Virus record (IMG/VR): IMGVR_UViG_3300025528_000033
Coordinates: 1 to 26,881 of that record
DNA: 26,881 nucleotides
Reading direction: 5' to 3' (one strand)
Source: a virus
Taxonomy: Duplodnaviria > Caudoviricetes
Translations under genes and position numbers: made by a program
Notes under the pieces: model-generated
Told to the model about the DNA's origin: nothing
The model's input: only the letters and a program-made list of their open reading frames with translations
Database searches by the model: none
Shown: in pieces, positions 15,345-22,294 of the stretch
How positions within the stretch are numbered: the stretch's first letter is position 1
Layout: each line of letters opens with the position of its first letter

Positions 15345-18107
15345 TCACACATCCACGATCCCGGACTTGTATCCGGTGCCATCCCACCCCGAACCAGGTT
15401 GCCCGCCTCCGTGACCCTGAGTCTTGCCGGATGCCAGCGGGTTGAACTTCTCGAAGTCCTTGATGAATGACTCCTCGCCGATTTTCTGCTGACGCTGGTC
15501 GTCCTCGCTCTCCTTGACATAGGTGTAGCTGCTCGTGCCGTCCGCGGGCTTCGCGACTGACGCGGGCCCCGGAGGTGCCACGCCGGCTCTGCCGGCCTGC
15601 TCCGCCCAGTTAGCATGGGAAACCTGCGGAGACACCTGGATCTCGCTGCCAGACTTCAGGCTTACCGAGCCGGCGTCGAGGACATAGCTTCCAGCCTTGA
15701 CACCGAGCTGGCCGCCGGACCGCATGCCCACGGTCGCGCCAGACACGCCGACCGTCGCCCCGGACGACACGACCGTGTCGCCCTTAGACGTCACCATGAC
15801 CTTGGCCTTGCCGAGCAGGTGGGCGTTCCCGAGCCCGTAGATGTTCACATCGGTCTTGGCCGAGACATTGAATTGGGTGTCACGGGCGGCCATGTTGACG
15901 CTCGCAGACTCGAGTTGGTAGTCGCCGGCGATGCCGGACTTCTTGAAGCCGTCAATCGACTCGGCGCTGTCTCCGGCGACAGTCTCGAACTTGGAGCCCT
16001 TGATATTCATCCTGAGGTCCCCGGCTATGTCGAAGTTGACATTCCCTGCGGACACGATGTTCAGGTCGTTCCCGGAGTTCACGTTCACGTTGCCGCCGGC
16101 GTTGATCCCGACATCGCCATGGGCGACGATGTGCACATGCCCCTTCACCATGATGTAGTCGTTGCCGAGCACGGCGGTGTACATGTCGGTCACGACGATT
16201 TGTTTCATCCGGCCGTTGGCGTCGATCTCGTACCCGGTGCCCGTGCGGTGCTTTTCCTGGATGCGCTCGTTACCCGGAGTAGAGTCGTACTCCTTGAAGT
16301 GTCCGGCTTCGTACGTCTTCACACTGGCGTACGGATACCGCGGGCTCGCGCTGTCGCCGCGCGGGAACGTGATCGGCGCGCCGTCCATGAGAGTCGAGGA
16401 CCCGACGAACGCGGCCAGCTGCTGCTCTGGGGTCCCGCCCGCGGCGGCGACTGCCTGGGTCGTCTCGTTTGAAGGGACGCCGCTCGCGATCGCGGACTTC
16501 ATCATGTTGTAGTACGACGAGCCCCTGGTGCCGAACCCGTCAGCGTTGTCCATTCCGTTAGCAAGCTTCCTGGCACCGCCCGGGCCGAGGAGGTGCGCGA
16601 CCGCGAGATAGCCGGCGACGACCGACGGGTCTGACGACGTCGTGATGACTCCCATCTTCAGGAGGGTCTTGTAGTTCCTCCTGGTGTAGGCGACCAGGAG
16701 CCTGTCCTGGACATTGCCCTTGTTGCTGAGGAAGTCCTGATGCGTCGAGATCCCATCCTTCCCGGTCCACACCGAGTCCAGGCGGAGACTGCGCGTCGAG
16801 GTGCCCGGGCGGACGTACCCGAAGTCCGCGAGGGCCGGCCCGCCGAACTGCCACCGTCCACTGAAGCCAATCGTGTTGACCTTCGAGTAGTCGTTATTGG
16901 ACTCCCTCTTGCCGAGAACGTTCCTGTACGTCTCCCACCTGGACTCGTCAAGCGGGCCGACAGGACCCTTCACGTCGTCCGGCGCGGGAACCGTTTCGAT
17001 CGACTTGTCCCCCTGGGCCTTGTCACCGGAGCCGATCGACCCGGTCGCGCTCTCAAACGTGGGGACCTGGTCGTTGACCCGCTGAACGACATCGCGTTCT
17101 GACTCACCCTTGTTACCGAAGTCGGTTGCGATCTTCGGGTAGCTGGACAGCGCGTGCTGAACGTACGTCTTCCTGAACGTGCGGAATGTCGGGTCGTCGA
17201 GGAAGTTGGACCGCCCCCTCTCCCTCGCTGACTGCCATCCGAGCACGTCGAACGGAACGGACGCCGAGGCGAACGCCCCCGCAGACGGGTCGAGGTCGCG
17301 CACGTCGAACTCGCTGAACGCCGTGACGTCGCTGTACGTCCTAATGAGGACCCCGGCTTCCTGGTAGAGAGACGACAGAGAGCCGCGCACTGACGTGAGG
17401 GCGACCTGGACAGACTGGCCTACGCCCTCCTGCATAACGTTGTCGATCTGGATGATCGTCGAGTTGAGATGGGTCTGGATCCTGAACAGCTGAGTCTCGA
17501 CGTCTCGGTGGACACTCGCGTCGATCACCGACGACCCGTCGAAGATCGTGCGGAAACCCTGGAGGAGGCGGAGCAGCGTCTCGTGCGACGAGGGCCCGCC
17601 CTCCAAGGAGGGCTCGATCTTGTCCCGGTACTGTTCGTTGTAGGTCGTGAGGAACTCGCGGATCCGGCCGAGGAACTGGTAGACGCCCAGGCGCATGCGA
17701 TCGATGTCAGCCTGGAGGTCGTCGGCCGAGACGTCGGTAATGCCAGCGCTCGCGAGCCTCTGGGCGATCCCCACCACCGTCTCAGGGATGCCGAGCGGGT
17801 TGAGGTTCTCCTCCCGGTTCGGAGTTTCGCCGTGCTGACGACCGAAGTCACCGAGCGTCATCGATCCGCCCGTGACCTTGGACGTGATCTCTCTGACTGC
17901 GTCGAGCCCGCCGACTCGCCCGCTGAGGACGCTGTCACCCCACCCGAGGGTCTTGCTGATCCCGGCGCCGATCCTGTCGAACGCCTGGAAGACTGAATAG
18001 TCTGCAGTCTTCTCGGTCTCCTGGATCACCCCCTGCCGGTGCGGGATCAGCGCGTCGATGAGGAACTGCTCGTCACTCTGCTTCGGGTTCTTCGGTTCGA
18101 TCGTCAT
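15345..18107 (-). CDS. gp5 C-terminal half: N-terminal helical domain + lysozyme-like domain + gp5 triple beta-helix needle
   Basis: YPYASVKTYEAGHFKEYDSTPGNERIQEKHRTGTGYEIDANG matches the T4 gp5C start motif (YPY...GH..E.D.TPG.ER....H.TG) and is followed by ~8-residue V.G..-type beta-helix repeats. LGKRESNNDY..VNTIGFSGRWQFG...AHLLGPGGA...DGFGT is a lysozyme-fold signature. Confidence 0.85.
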   Translation of the reverse strand: MTIEPKNPKQSDEQFLIDALIPHRQGVIQETEKTADYSVFQAFDRIGAGISKTLGWGDSVLSGRVGGLDAVREITSKVTGGSMTLGDFGRQHGETPNREENLNPLGIPETVVGIAQRLASAGITDVSADDLQADIDRMRLGVYQFLGRIREFLTTYNEQYRDKIEPSLEGGPSSHETLLRLLQGFRTIFDGSSVIDASVHRDVETQLFRIQTHLNSTIIQIDNVMQEGVGQSVQVALTSVRGSLSSLYQEAGVLIRTYSDVTAFSEFDVRDLDPSAGAFASASVPFDVLGWQSARERGRSNFLDDPTFRTFRKTYVQHALSSYPKIATDFGNKGESERDVVQRVNDQVPTFESATGSIGSGDKAQGDKSIETVPAPDDVKGPVGPLDESRWETYRNVLGKRESNNDYSKVNTIGFSGRWQFGGPALADFGYVRPGTSTRSLRLDSVWTGKDGISTHQDFLSNKGNVQDRLLVAYTRRNYKTLLKMGVITTSSDPSVVAGYLAVAHLLGPGGARKLANGMDNADGFGTRGSSYYNMMKSAIASGVPSNETTQAVAAAGGTPEQQLAAFVGSSTLMDGAPITFPRGDSASPRYPYASVKTYEAGHFKEYDSTPGNERIQEKHRTGTGYEIDANGRMKQIVVTDMYTAVLGNDYIMVKGHVHIVAHGDVGINAGGNVNVNSGNDLNIVSAGNVNFDIAGDLRMNIKGSKFETVAGDSAESIDGFKKSGIAGDYQLESASVNMAARDTQFNVSAKTDVNIYGLGNAHLLGKAKVMVTSKGDTVVSSGATVGVSGATVGMRSGGQLGVKAGSYVLDAGSVSLKSGSEIQVSPQVSHANWAEQAGRAGVAPPGPASVAKPADGTSSYTYVKESEDDQRQQKIGEESFIKDFEKFNPLASGKTQGHGGGQPGSGWDGTGYKSGIVDV

Positions 18108-18111
18108 TTCT

Positions 18112-18141
18112 GTTTACTTTCCGCGCCAGCTGTGATATCTT
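18112..18141 (+). promoter_or_regulatory. Sigma70/T4-early-type promoter for the antisense ORF
   Basis: G-TTTACT (18113-18118), 17-nt spacer ending TGTGA (extended -10 TGn), then TATCTT (18136-18141). Same GTTTAC -35 as the rIIB promoter. Confidence 0.65.
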
Positions 18142-18147
18142 ATTGAT

Positions 18148-18333
18148 ATGCGAAGGAACACTCACTACTACGACACCAGGGGTGCGGCCGCTGAACTCCG
18201 CGAGGAGATCGAGCGGAAGTGGGAACTCCAACGTCTTTTTATGGCGCTGAGAAGCGCCGACGACGATGAGCGGCGCGAGATCCTCGCCCGGATTGAGGAA
18301 CTTCGTCGTGATCGCGACCACAGCTGTCAATGA
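18148..18333 (+). CDS. Hypothetical 61-aa highly charged helical protein, antisense to the late operon
   Basis: ATG start; fills the otherwise empty gap between the gp5 halves without overlapping either; preceded by a consensus-like early promoter; E/R-rich amphipathic sequence. Confidence 0.6.
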   Translation: MRRNTHYYDTRGAAAELREEIERKWELQRLFMALRSADDDERREILARIEELRRDRDHSCQ

Positions 18334-18385
18334 CTACTGTATCGCTCGGGTTCACGACAGGTAAGTGCTCGTTCACTGATAGCGA

Positions 18386-19264
18386 CTAAGACTTCGGGAA
18401 CCCTCGCGGCCACCTGTACCCGCAGCACTTATTGACTGACTCGGTGGATACGGCGACTCTATCGCCGGTGTTCCCGCTGATGATCGTATCAATCCCGCCC
18501 TCGCGCTTCAGCCAGAAGCCGACGTGGCCGTAGATGCTGCTCTTCGAGTATCCGCCCCGGGTATACACCGCGACGCAACCGAGGACTGGCTCGGTGATCG
18601 GCTCCAGCCCGGGCGCCGTCAGCGAGCTCTTTGCGAGGCCGGTGATCCCGGTTACGTCCGCGCCAGCGTTCTTCAGACACCACCGCACGAACGCGCTGCA
18701 CCACGGATGCTCGCTGTCGTCCGTCGTGAACCCGAGTTCCTTGCCGTACTTCAGGACCTCCGGGTTGTGAGCAGACCCCTTCCACTCCGCGACCCCCTTT
18801 GCGAGTTCGCCGCGCGCGATGCGTAGCCACTGCGGCCCCTCACCAGTCGGAACGATCGTGCCGGCGCCCCCGACGTCCCCGTTCTGGATGACGTCGTTGA
18901 TCCGGTTGCCCTGCTGGTGAAGGGTCCCGGGAGCTCCGGGGGTTCCCTCGATCTGCGGAAACGTGCCCCAGATCGCGGGCATCTGACAGTCCGGCCAGTC
19001 GAGCCAGAAGCCGACGACGCACGCCCCGACCATGACGTCGACTGTGGAGCCGACGCCCGACACGCCCCCGCCCGTGAGGGGCATGACCGGCATGGCCCAG
19101 GGGAGCTCGCTCGTAGGAATGAGTGACTTGTCGTCCACGTGGGCGCCGTGGATTCGCACGCGGAGCCGCCCCATCTGGAGCGGGTCGTTTCGGTCCTCGA
19201 CGACGCCGATGAACCACTTGGCGCCGTCCGAACCGGCGAAGTTCTGGACGATGAAGTTGGACAA
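18386..19264 (-). CDS. gp5: gp5 N-terminal half: baseplate hub OB-fold fused to a TIGR02594/NlpC-P60/CHAP-like peptidase
   Basis: WFIGVVEDRNDPLQMGRLRVRIHG.H......IPT.ELPWA...VVGFWLD..DCQMP.IWGT is the gp5 OB domain. PQWLRIARGEL..GV.E..G..HNPEV...PWCSAFV.WCL...GHVGF...GN..DRV...GYRWP is TIGR02594-like, with Cys (PWC) and His (GHV). Confidence 0.9.
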   Translation of the reverse strand: MSNFIVQNFAGSDGAKWFIGVVEDRNDPLQMGRLRVRIHGAHVDDKSLIPTSELPWAMPVMPLTGGGVSGVGSTVDVMVGACVVGFWLDWPDCQMPAIWGTFPQIEGTPGAPGTLHQQGNRINDVIQNGDVGGAGTIVPTGEGPQWLRIARGELAKGVAEWKGSAHNPEVLKYGKELGFTTDDSEHPWCSAFVRWCLKNAGADVTGITGLAKSSLTAPGLEPITEPVLGCVAVYTRGGYSKSSIYGHVGFWLKREGGIDTIISGNTGDRVAVSTESVNKCCGYRWPRGFPKS

Positions 19265-19330
19265 CTGCGCCTCTCGTAGTGGGAGCCCGCCGCCGGAGGG
19301 TTGACCCCTCTCTTATTCTCGCGGGCTGGT

Positions 19331-19338
19331 AATCTATA
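19331..19338 (-). promoter_or_regulatory. Late-promoter-like motif TATAGATT
   Basis: Intergenic, 67 nt upstream of the gp5N start, ahead of a structured leader. Confidence 0.5.
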
Positions 19339-19341
19339 TCG

Positions 19342-19452
19342 TCAGAACTGTGTCATCATTCGGCCGAAGTGCGCGATTCCGGTCGGGTCCCCACTAAAAT
19401 TCGACCCCGTCGCGCACGCGGACAGGACCAGAGCGAGTAGTACAACGATCAT
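19342..19452 (-). CDS. Tiny predicted lipoprotein (36 aa; 39 aa from the alternative ATG at 19461)
   Basis: MIVVLLALVLSA-C-ATGSNF...: hydrophobic signal plus LSAC lipobox. The ATG overlaps the upstream stop (ATGA). Confidence 0.6.
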   Translation of the reverse strand: MIVVLLALVLSACATGSNFSGDPTGIAHFGRMMTQF

Positions 19453-19994
19453 GCGAACCATGGCGCAGTCCCCGTTACGATCATCACGCCCCACATGAGC
19501 CCGGCGTAAAGCTCTCCGACGAGTATCGGCGCGCGCGGCGCGTACTTCCACCCGAGCTCGTATCCTCCGACGGCAAGGACCGCAAAGACGAAGGCGACCG
19601 TCGGGCCAAGCCACCCGAACAACAGGGCGGCACCTGGGAGAACAGCGGCATGTCGGAGAAATAGCGCCACATGAACGTTACCGCCGGAGGCCCTCAGCAG
19701 CGCTTTCTCGATACCAGTAGGCACTTTCCCTTCAGGTGCTGGTCTGCCCAGGAGCTGGAGGTATCCCCAAGGCGCCCAGCACCAGGCGAGGAACGCCGCG
19801 CCTACGAGTGCCGAGACGGTGACTGAGTGTCCCGCGAGCCATGCGACGAGCGCGATCGCTGCCGAGACATAGAACCGGGCGTGCCCCGGAAGGTACCCGT
19901 CTCCGTCCTCGTCGGTCTTGCCCATCCAACGGGAGTCGCCGCGCGCCCGGTTGAGCGCAGCGCACAGCGTGACGATTGCGAGCTTCGTGATCAT
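19449..19994 (-). CDS. Multi-pass membrane protein of unknown function
   Basis: 181 aa with about 5-6 hydrophobic segments; ATGA coupling at both ends. Confidence 0.75.
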   Translation of the reverse strand: MITKLAIVTLCAALNRARGDSRWMGKTDEDGDGYLPGHARFYVSAAIALVAWLAGHSVTVSALVGAAFLAWCWAPWGYLQLLGRPAPEGKVPTGIEKALLRASGGNVHVALFLRHAAVLPGAALLFGWLGPTVAFVFAVLAVGGYELGWKYAPRAPILVGELYAGLMWGVMIVTGTAPWFA

Positions 19995-20173
19995 TCGGCT
20001 ACAAGCTCCTCGATGGTGAGGGCCTCGAGCTCCTCAACTGTCTCGGCCCACTCGATCCTGGGGTCGTTCGGGGCGTCGCGAAGGGCCTGCTTGCGGTACG
20101 CCACGTCGGCCATCGCCTCGCTGTCACCGGACTCCGCCGCGCGGAACCACTCGACGTCGAGCGCTTCGAGCAT
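19991..20173 (-). CDS. Tail-fibre assembly-like protein, probably an N-terminally truncated remnant
   Basis: LEALDVEWFRAAESGD......YRKQALRDAP resembles tail-fibre-assembly C-terminal motifs. Similarity appears to continue in frame upstream of the Met (...RAARRP-MLEALD). Confidence 0.55.
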   Translation of the reverse strand: MLEALDVEWFRAAESGDSEAMADVAYRKQALRDAPNDPRIEWAETVEELEALTIEELVAE

Positions 20174-20204
20174 CGGACGGCGAGCAGCGCGAGAAGGGCG
20201 GTCG

Positions 20205-20648
20205 TCATAGCGCGGCGGCCTCCGCCCACATGGCGTCGATCTGCTCTGGCGTCAGCCCGTGCGCGGCACCGATCTGATTGACGAGAGGATGCTCACGCTC
20301 GTAGATCGTCGAGTACTCCCATTCGATCCGCGCCATCTCGCGTTCGGTCTCATCCTCAATCGCGTCGATGGCCGCCTCGACCGACGACAGGCTGATGCCA
20401 TTGAGGACCAGCCCGAGCCGCAATTGACGCGCCGTGAGCGGTCGCAGGGAATCAAGGAGAGGTGGTTCTGGCTCAGGCTCCGGCTCGGGCGGGAGGGGAT
20501 CAACAAGGGCGAAAACGCCGCCCTCGATGCTGACAATTTTACCTGCCGCGATGCCATCGAGCGCGGCTTGATAGTCCGCGTCCGTGATCTCGATTCCTCC
20601 ATCAATCGGCGACGTGCTGATCTGCCCGTTAGTTGCCCACGGCATCAC
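20205..20648 (-). CDS. Tail-fibre assembly/chaperone-like protein
   Basis: Directly follows the fibre gene. IEIT...YQAALDG...G...PPEPEPEP linker, then LTARQLRLGL...IEWEY...R.HPLV...LTPEQIDAMW, a pattern common in fibre-associated proteins. Start may be GTG 20648 or ATG 20645. Confidence 0.65.
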   Translation of the reverse strand: MMPWATNGQISTSPIDGGIEITDADYQAALDGIAAGKIVSIEGGVFALVDPLPPEPEPEPEPPLLDSLRPLTARQLRLGLVLNGISLSSVEAAIDAIEDETEREMARIEWEYSTIYEREHPLVNQIGAAHGLTPEQIDAMWAEAAAL

Positions 20649-21712
20649 AAAATCCTCATGTAGTAGGTGGCACCGATGTTGCGGGGACGTGTTTCGCTGT
20701 CCGTCCGCCCGTTGTTGTTGGCCGTGTTAGAGGTGGTCACAGACCAGTAGAATTGCGTAGCACCGCCCGTCGCGCCACCCATCCCGAAGGGTACGGTGTA
20801 GGGGTGCGAGTGGGTCTGCATGGCGTCGTCCTGAAGCACGCCGGACGAGCCCGCACGAATGAAGCGACGCTCGGTGTTGATGAGCCTGACGGTTTGCCCG
20901 TGTATCGGCGACGATGGGAGATTAATGACCGCCGTTGCATTGACGAGCGGTGCTGAGCCAGAGACACTCTCGCTCGTCAACACACCCTGATTGTACTGCC
21001 CCGCCCCCGTCTCACCGGCCGTCAGCTTCACATAGCGGTACCACTTGTCGGTGGGCGGGGCTCCTCCGCCGAGATGGTCGAACACAGGGATCGGCACCCG
21101 GAGCGGAATCGAGGCCCACGGGTCGAGATTGCCGCTATGCCAGACCGTATAGCCGTTGAAGGTCATCGTGCCGTTGGGATAGAGCACGAGGCTTCCGGCG
21201 GCGATGTCGTTTCCGTTTCCGTCATCGGCATAGACACGCAGGACGACAACGCCGTTGTTGCGGTCCCAATACACGAGACCGCGGTTCTTTCCATCGGCGT
21301 TCCTCAGCCAGACATACGCGTTGCTGTTGGCCGTGGCCTGAGCGATCAGCGCGTTGATGGCCAGCAAAGAGCCGGTCAGGGAGCCGCCGGTCTTCTGGAG
21401 GAACTGGGCGTTCGCCTCAGCCTTCGTGTAAGCGTCGGCCGGAGACCAGGTCCCGAACACTTCGACGACCACGACGTCCCCAGCATGCATCGGTGCGATG
21501 CCGGTGATGCTGCTCCCAGTCGTCGCGACGTAGTCATGACCGGACACGAGCTTCACACCGTTGAGATAGACGTTCGGCGGCGAGAACGGTTCGTAGCTCA
21601 GATTCGCGCCGTTCGCGTCGAGCCCGGAGACCGAGGTCGCGCCTTCCGTCGGGAAGAAGACGAAGACCTGGCGGACGCCCATGCTCGGCTCGTTCCCGAT
21701 CTTTGCTGCCAT
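20645..21712 (-). CDS. Tail fibre / receptor-binding protein
   Basis: N-terminal KIGNEP and VYLNGVKL....DYVATTG domain; YTKAEANAQFLQKTGGSLTG; VWHSGNLDP; tail-collar-like RRFIRAG..G.LQDDAMQTHSH; C-terminal ETRPRNI...YYMRI. Confidence 0.85.
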   Translation of the reverse strand: MAAKIGNEPSMGVRQVFVFFPTEGATSVSGLDANGANLSYEPFSPPNVYLNGVKLVSGHDYVATTGSSITGIAPMHAGDVVVVEVFGTWSPADAYTKAEANAQFLQKTGGSLTGSLLAINALIAQATANSNAYVWLRNADGKNRGLVYWDRNNGVVVLRVYADDGNGNDIAAGSLVLYPNGTMTFNGYTVWHSGNLDPWASIPLRVPIPVFDHLGGGAPPTDKWYRYVKLTAGETGAGQYNQGVLTSESVSGSAPLVNATAVINLPSSPIHGQTVRLINTERRFIRAGSSGVLQDDAMQTHSHPYTVPFGMGGATGGATQFYWSVTTSNTANNNGRTDSETRPRNIGATYYMRIL

Positions 21713-21948
21713 TAGTAGATCTCCACGTCGGCTTCAATAGCCGTAGTTCGCAGGCTGTTCGTGCTCGAGTGTTGGAACGTGACTGAGTCAACATGGATCG
21801 TTGACGCGGTTATTCCAGACACCGGCTGGGTCATCGTGAAATTTATGGACGGTTGGCGGCCGGCGAGCTTCTGATAGACTCCATTGCCGGTCACCTGGAA
21901 CCGTTTCGGACTGAGCGGCTGCGGGGAGGAGGCGTTGCCGATCTTCAT
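21712..21948 (-). CDS. Small fibre-associated protein (78 aa)
   Basis: ATG at 21948, 1 nt after the upstream stop; its stop overlaps the next ATG. Begins MKIGN like the next gene. The 128-aa version in the ORF track over-extends into the upstream gene. Confidence 0.65.
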   Translation of the reverse strand: MKIGNASSPQPLSPKRFQVTGNGVYQKLAGRQPSINFTMTQPVSGITASTIHVDSVTFQHSSTNSLRTTAIEADVEIY

Positions 21949-21949
21949 G

Positions 21950-22285
21950 TTACGCGGTGTCCTGCATGAACGAGGCCCATGCATCGAGCGACCCGGCAAC
22001 ACTCGAAACGACCCACAGCTGGTCGCCTGCCTGCATGATCTGCTTGCCGCCCACGACGTCCTCGGCGCCGCCGGCCACGAGGATCGCGCCCCGGACAAGG
22101 TAGATGTTGTTGCCCCCGCGCTTCAGGTACGCGTCGACGGTGATCGTGTTATTCGACCTGTTCGACAGCTGGAAGCCGATGAGGATGTCGATCTTCCCGG
22201 CCGGAGTCTGATACGGGGACCCACCGGACGACAGTTGGGTCGCCGTAGTCCCGACGGCCACCGCCTCGATTGATTTGAAAGCCAT
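21950..22285 (-). CDS. Small beta-sandwich virion protein (putative fibre adaptor)
   Basis: 111 aa, AVGTTAT...YQTPAG...IG..LSN.....ITVD......YLV....K.IMQAGD.L.V.S....SLD..AS. AGGAGAG RBS. This type of protein often follows proteins ending in AxAMAIxLG. Confidence 0.7.
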   Translation of the reverse strand: MAFKSIEAVAVGTTATQLSSGGSPYQTPAGKIDILIGFQLSNRSNNTITVDAYLKRGGNNIYLVRGAILVAGGAEDVVGGKQIMQAGDQLWVVSSVAGSLDAWASFMQDTA

Positions 22286-22294
22286 CTCTCCTCC

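Noticed and set aside
18127-18327. CAGCTGTG / CACAGCTG inverted 8-mers flanking the antisense ORF as mobile-element ends
   Set aside because: Too short, built on a palindromic CAGCTG core, and no target duplication or transposase is seen.
18073-18330. Minus-strand 85-aa ORF in the gp5 gap
   Set aside because: TTG start without a clear RBS and it overlaps the gp5C start. The plus-strand ORF has an ATG and a consensus-like promoter, so it is preferred, though the alternative is not strictly excluded.
18108-18385. Self-splicing intron or intein joining the two gp5 halves
   Set aside because: No group I/II core motifs, homing endonuclease or intein ends were recognised. gp5N ends just after the usual TIGR02594 GYRWP terminus and gp5C has its own ATG. 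RT-PCR would be needed to exclude it fully.
19462-19614. 90-aa version of ORF 19342-19614 (Rz1-like embedded gene)
   Set aside because: The upstream part is Arg-rich off-frame sequence inside the membrane-protein gene. The signal peptide only works from Met 19461 or 19452, and the partner is multi-pass rather than a single-TM i-spanin.
20645-21000. Diversity-generating retroelement target or invertible fibre tip
   Set aside because: No second near-identical copy of the 3' end, no reverse transcriptase or invertase, and no flanking inverted sites seen in the window.
21949-22098. 128-aa version of ORF 21712-22098
   Set aside because: The extra 50 codons overlap the better-supported 111-aa gene; the ATG at 21948 gives clean gene packing.
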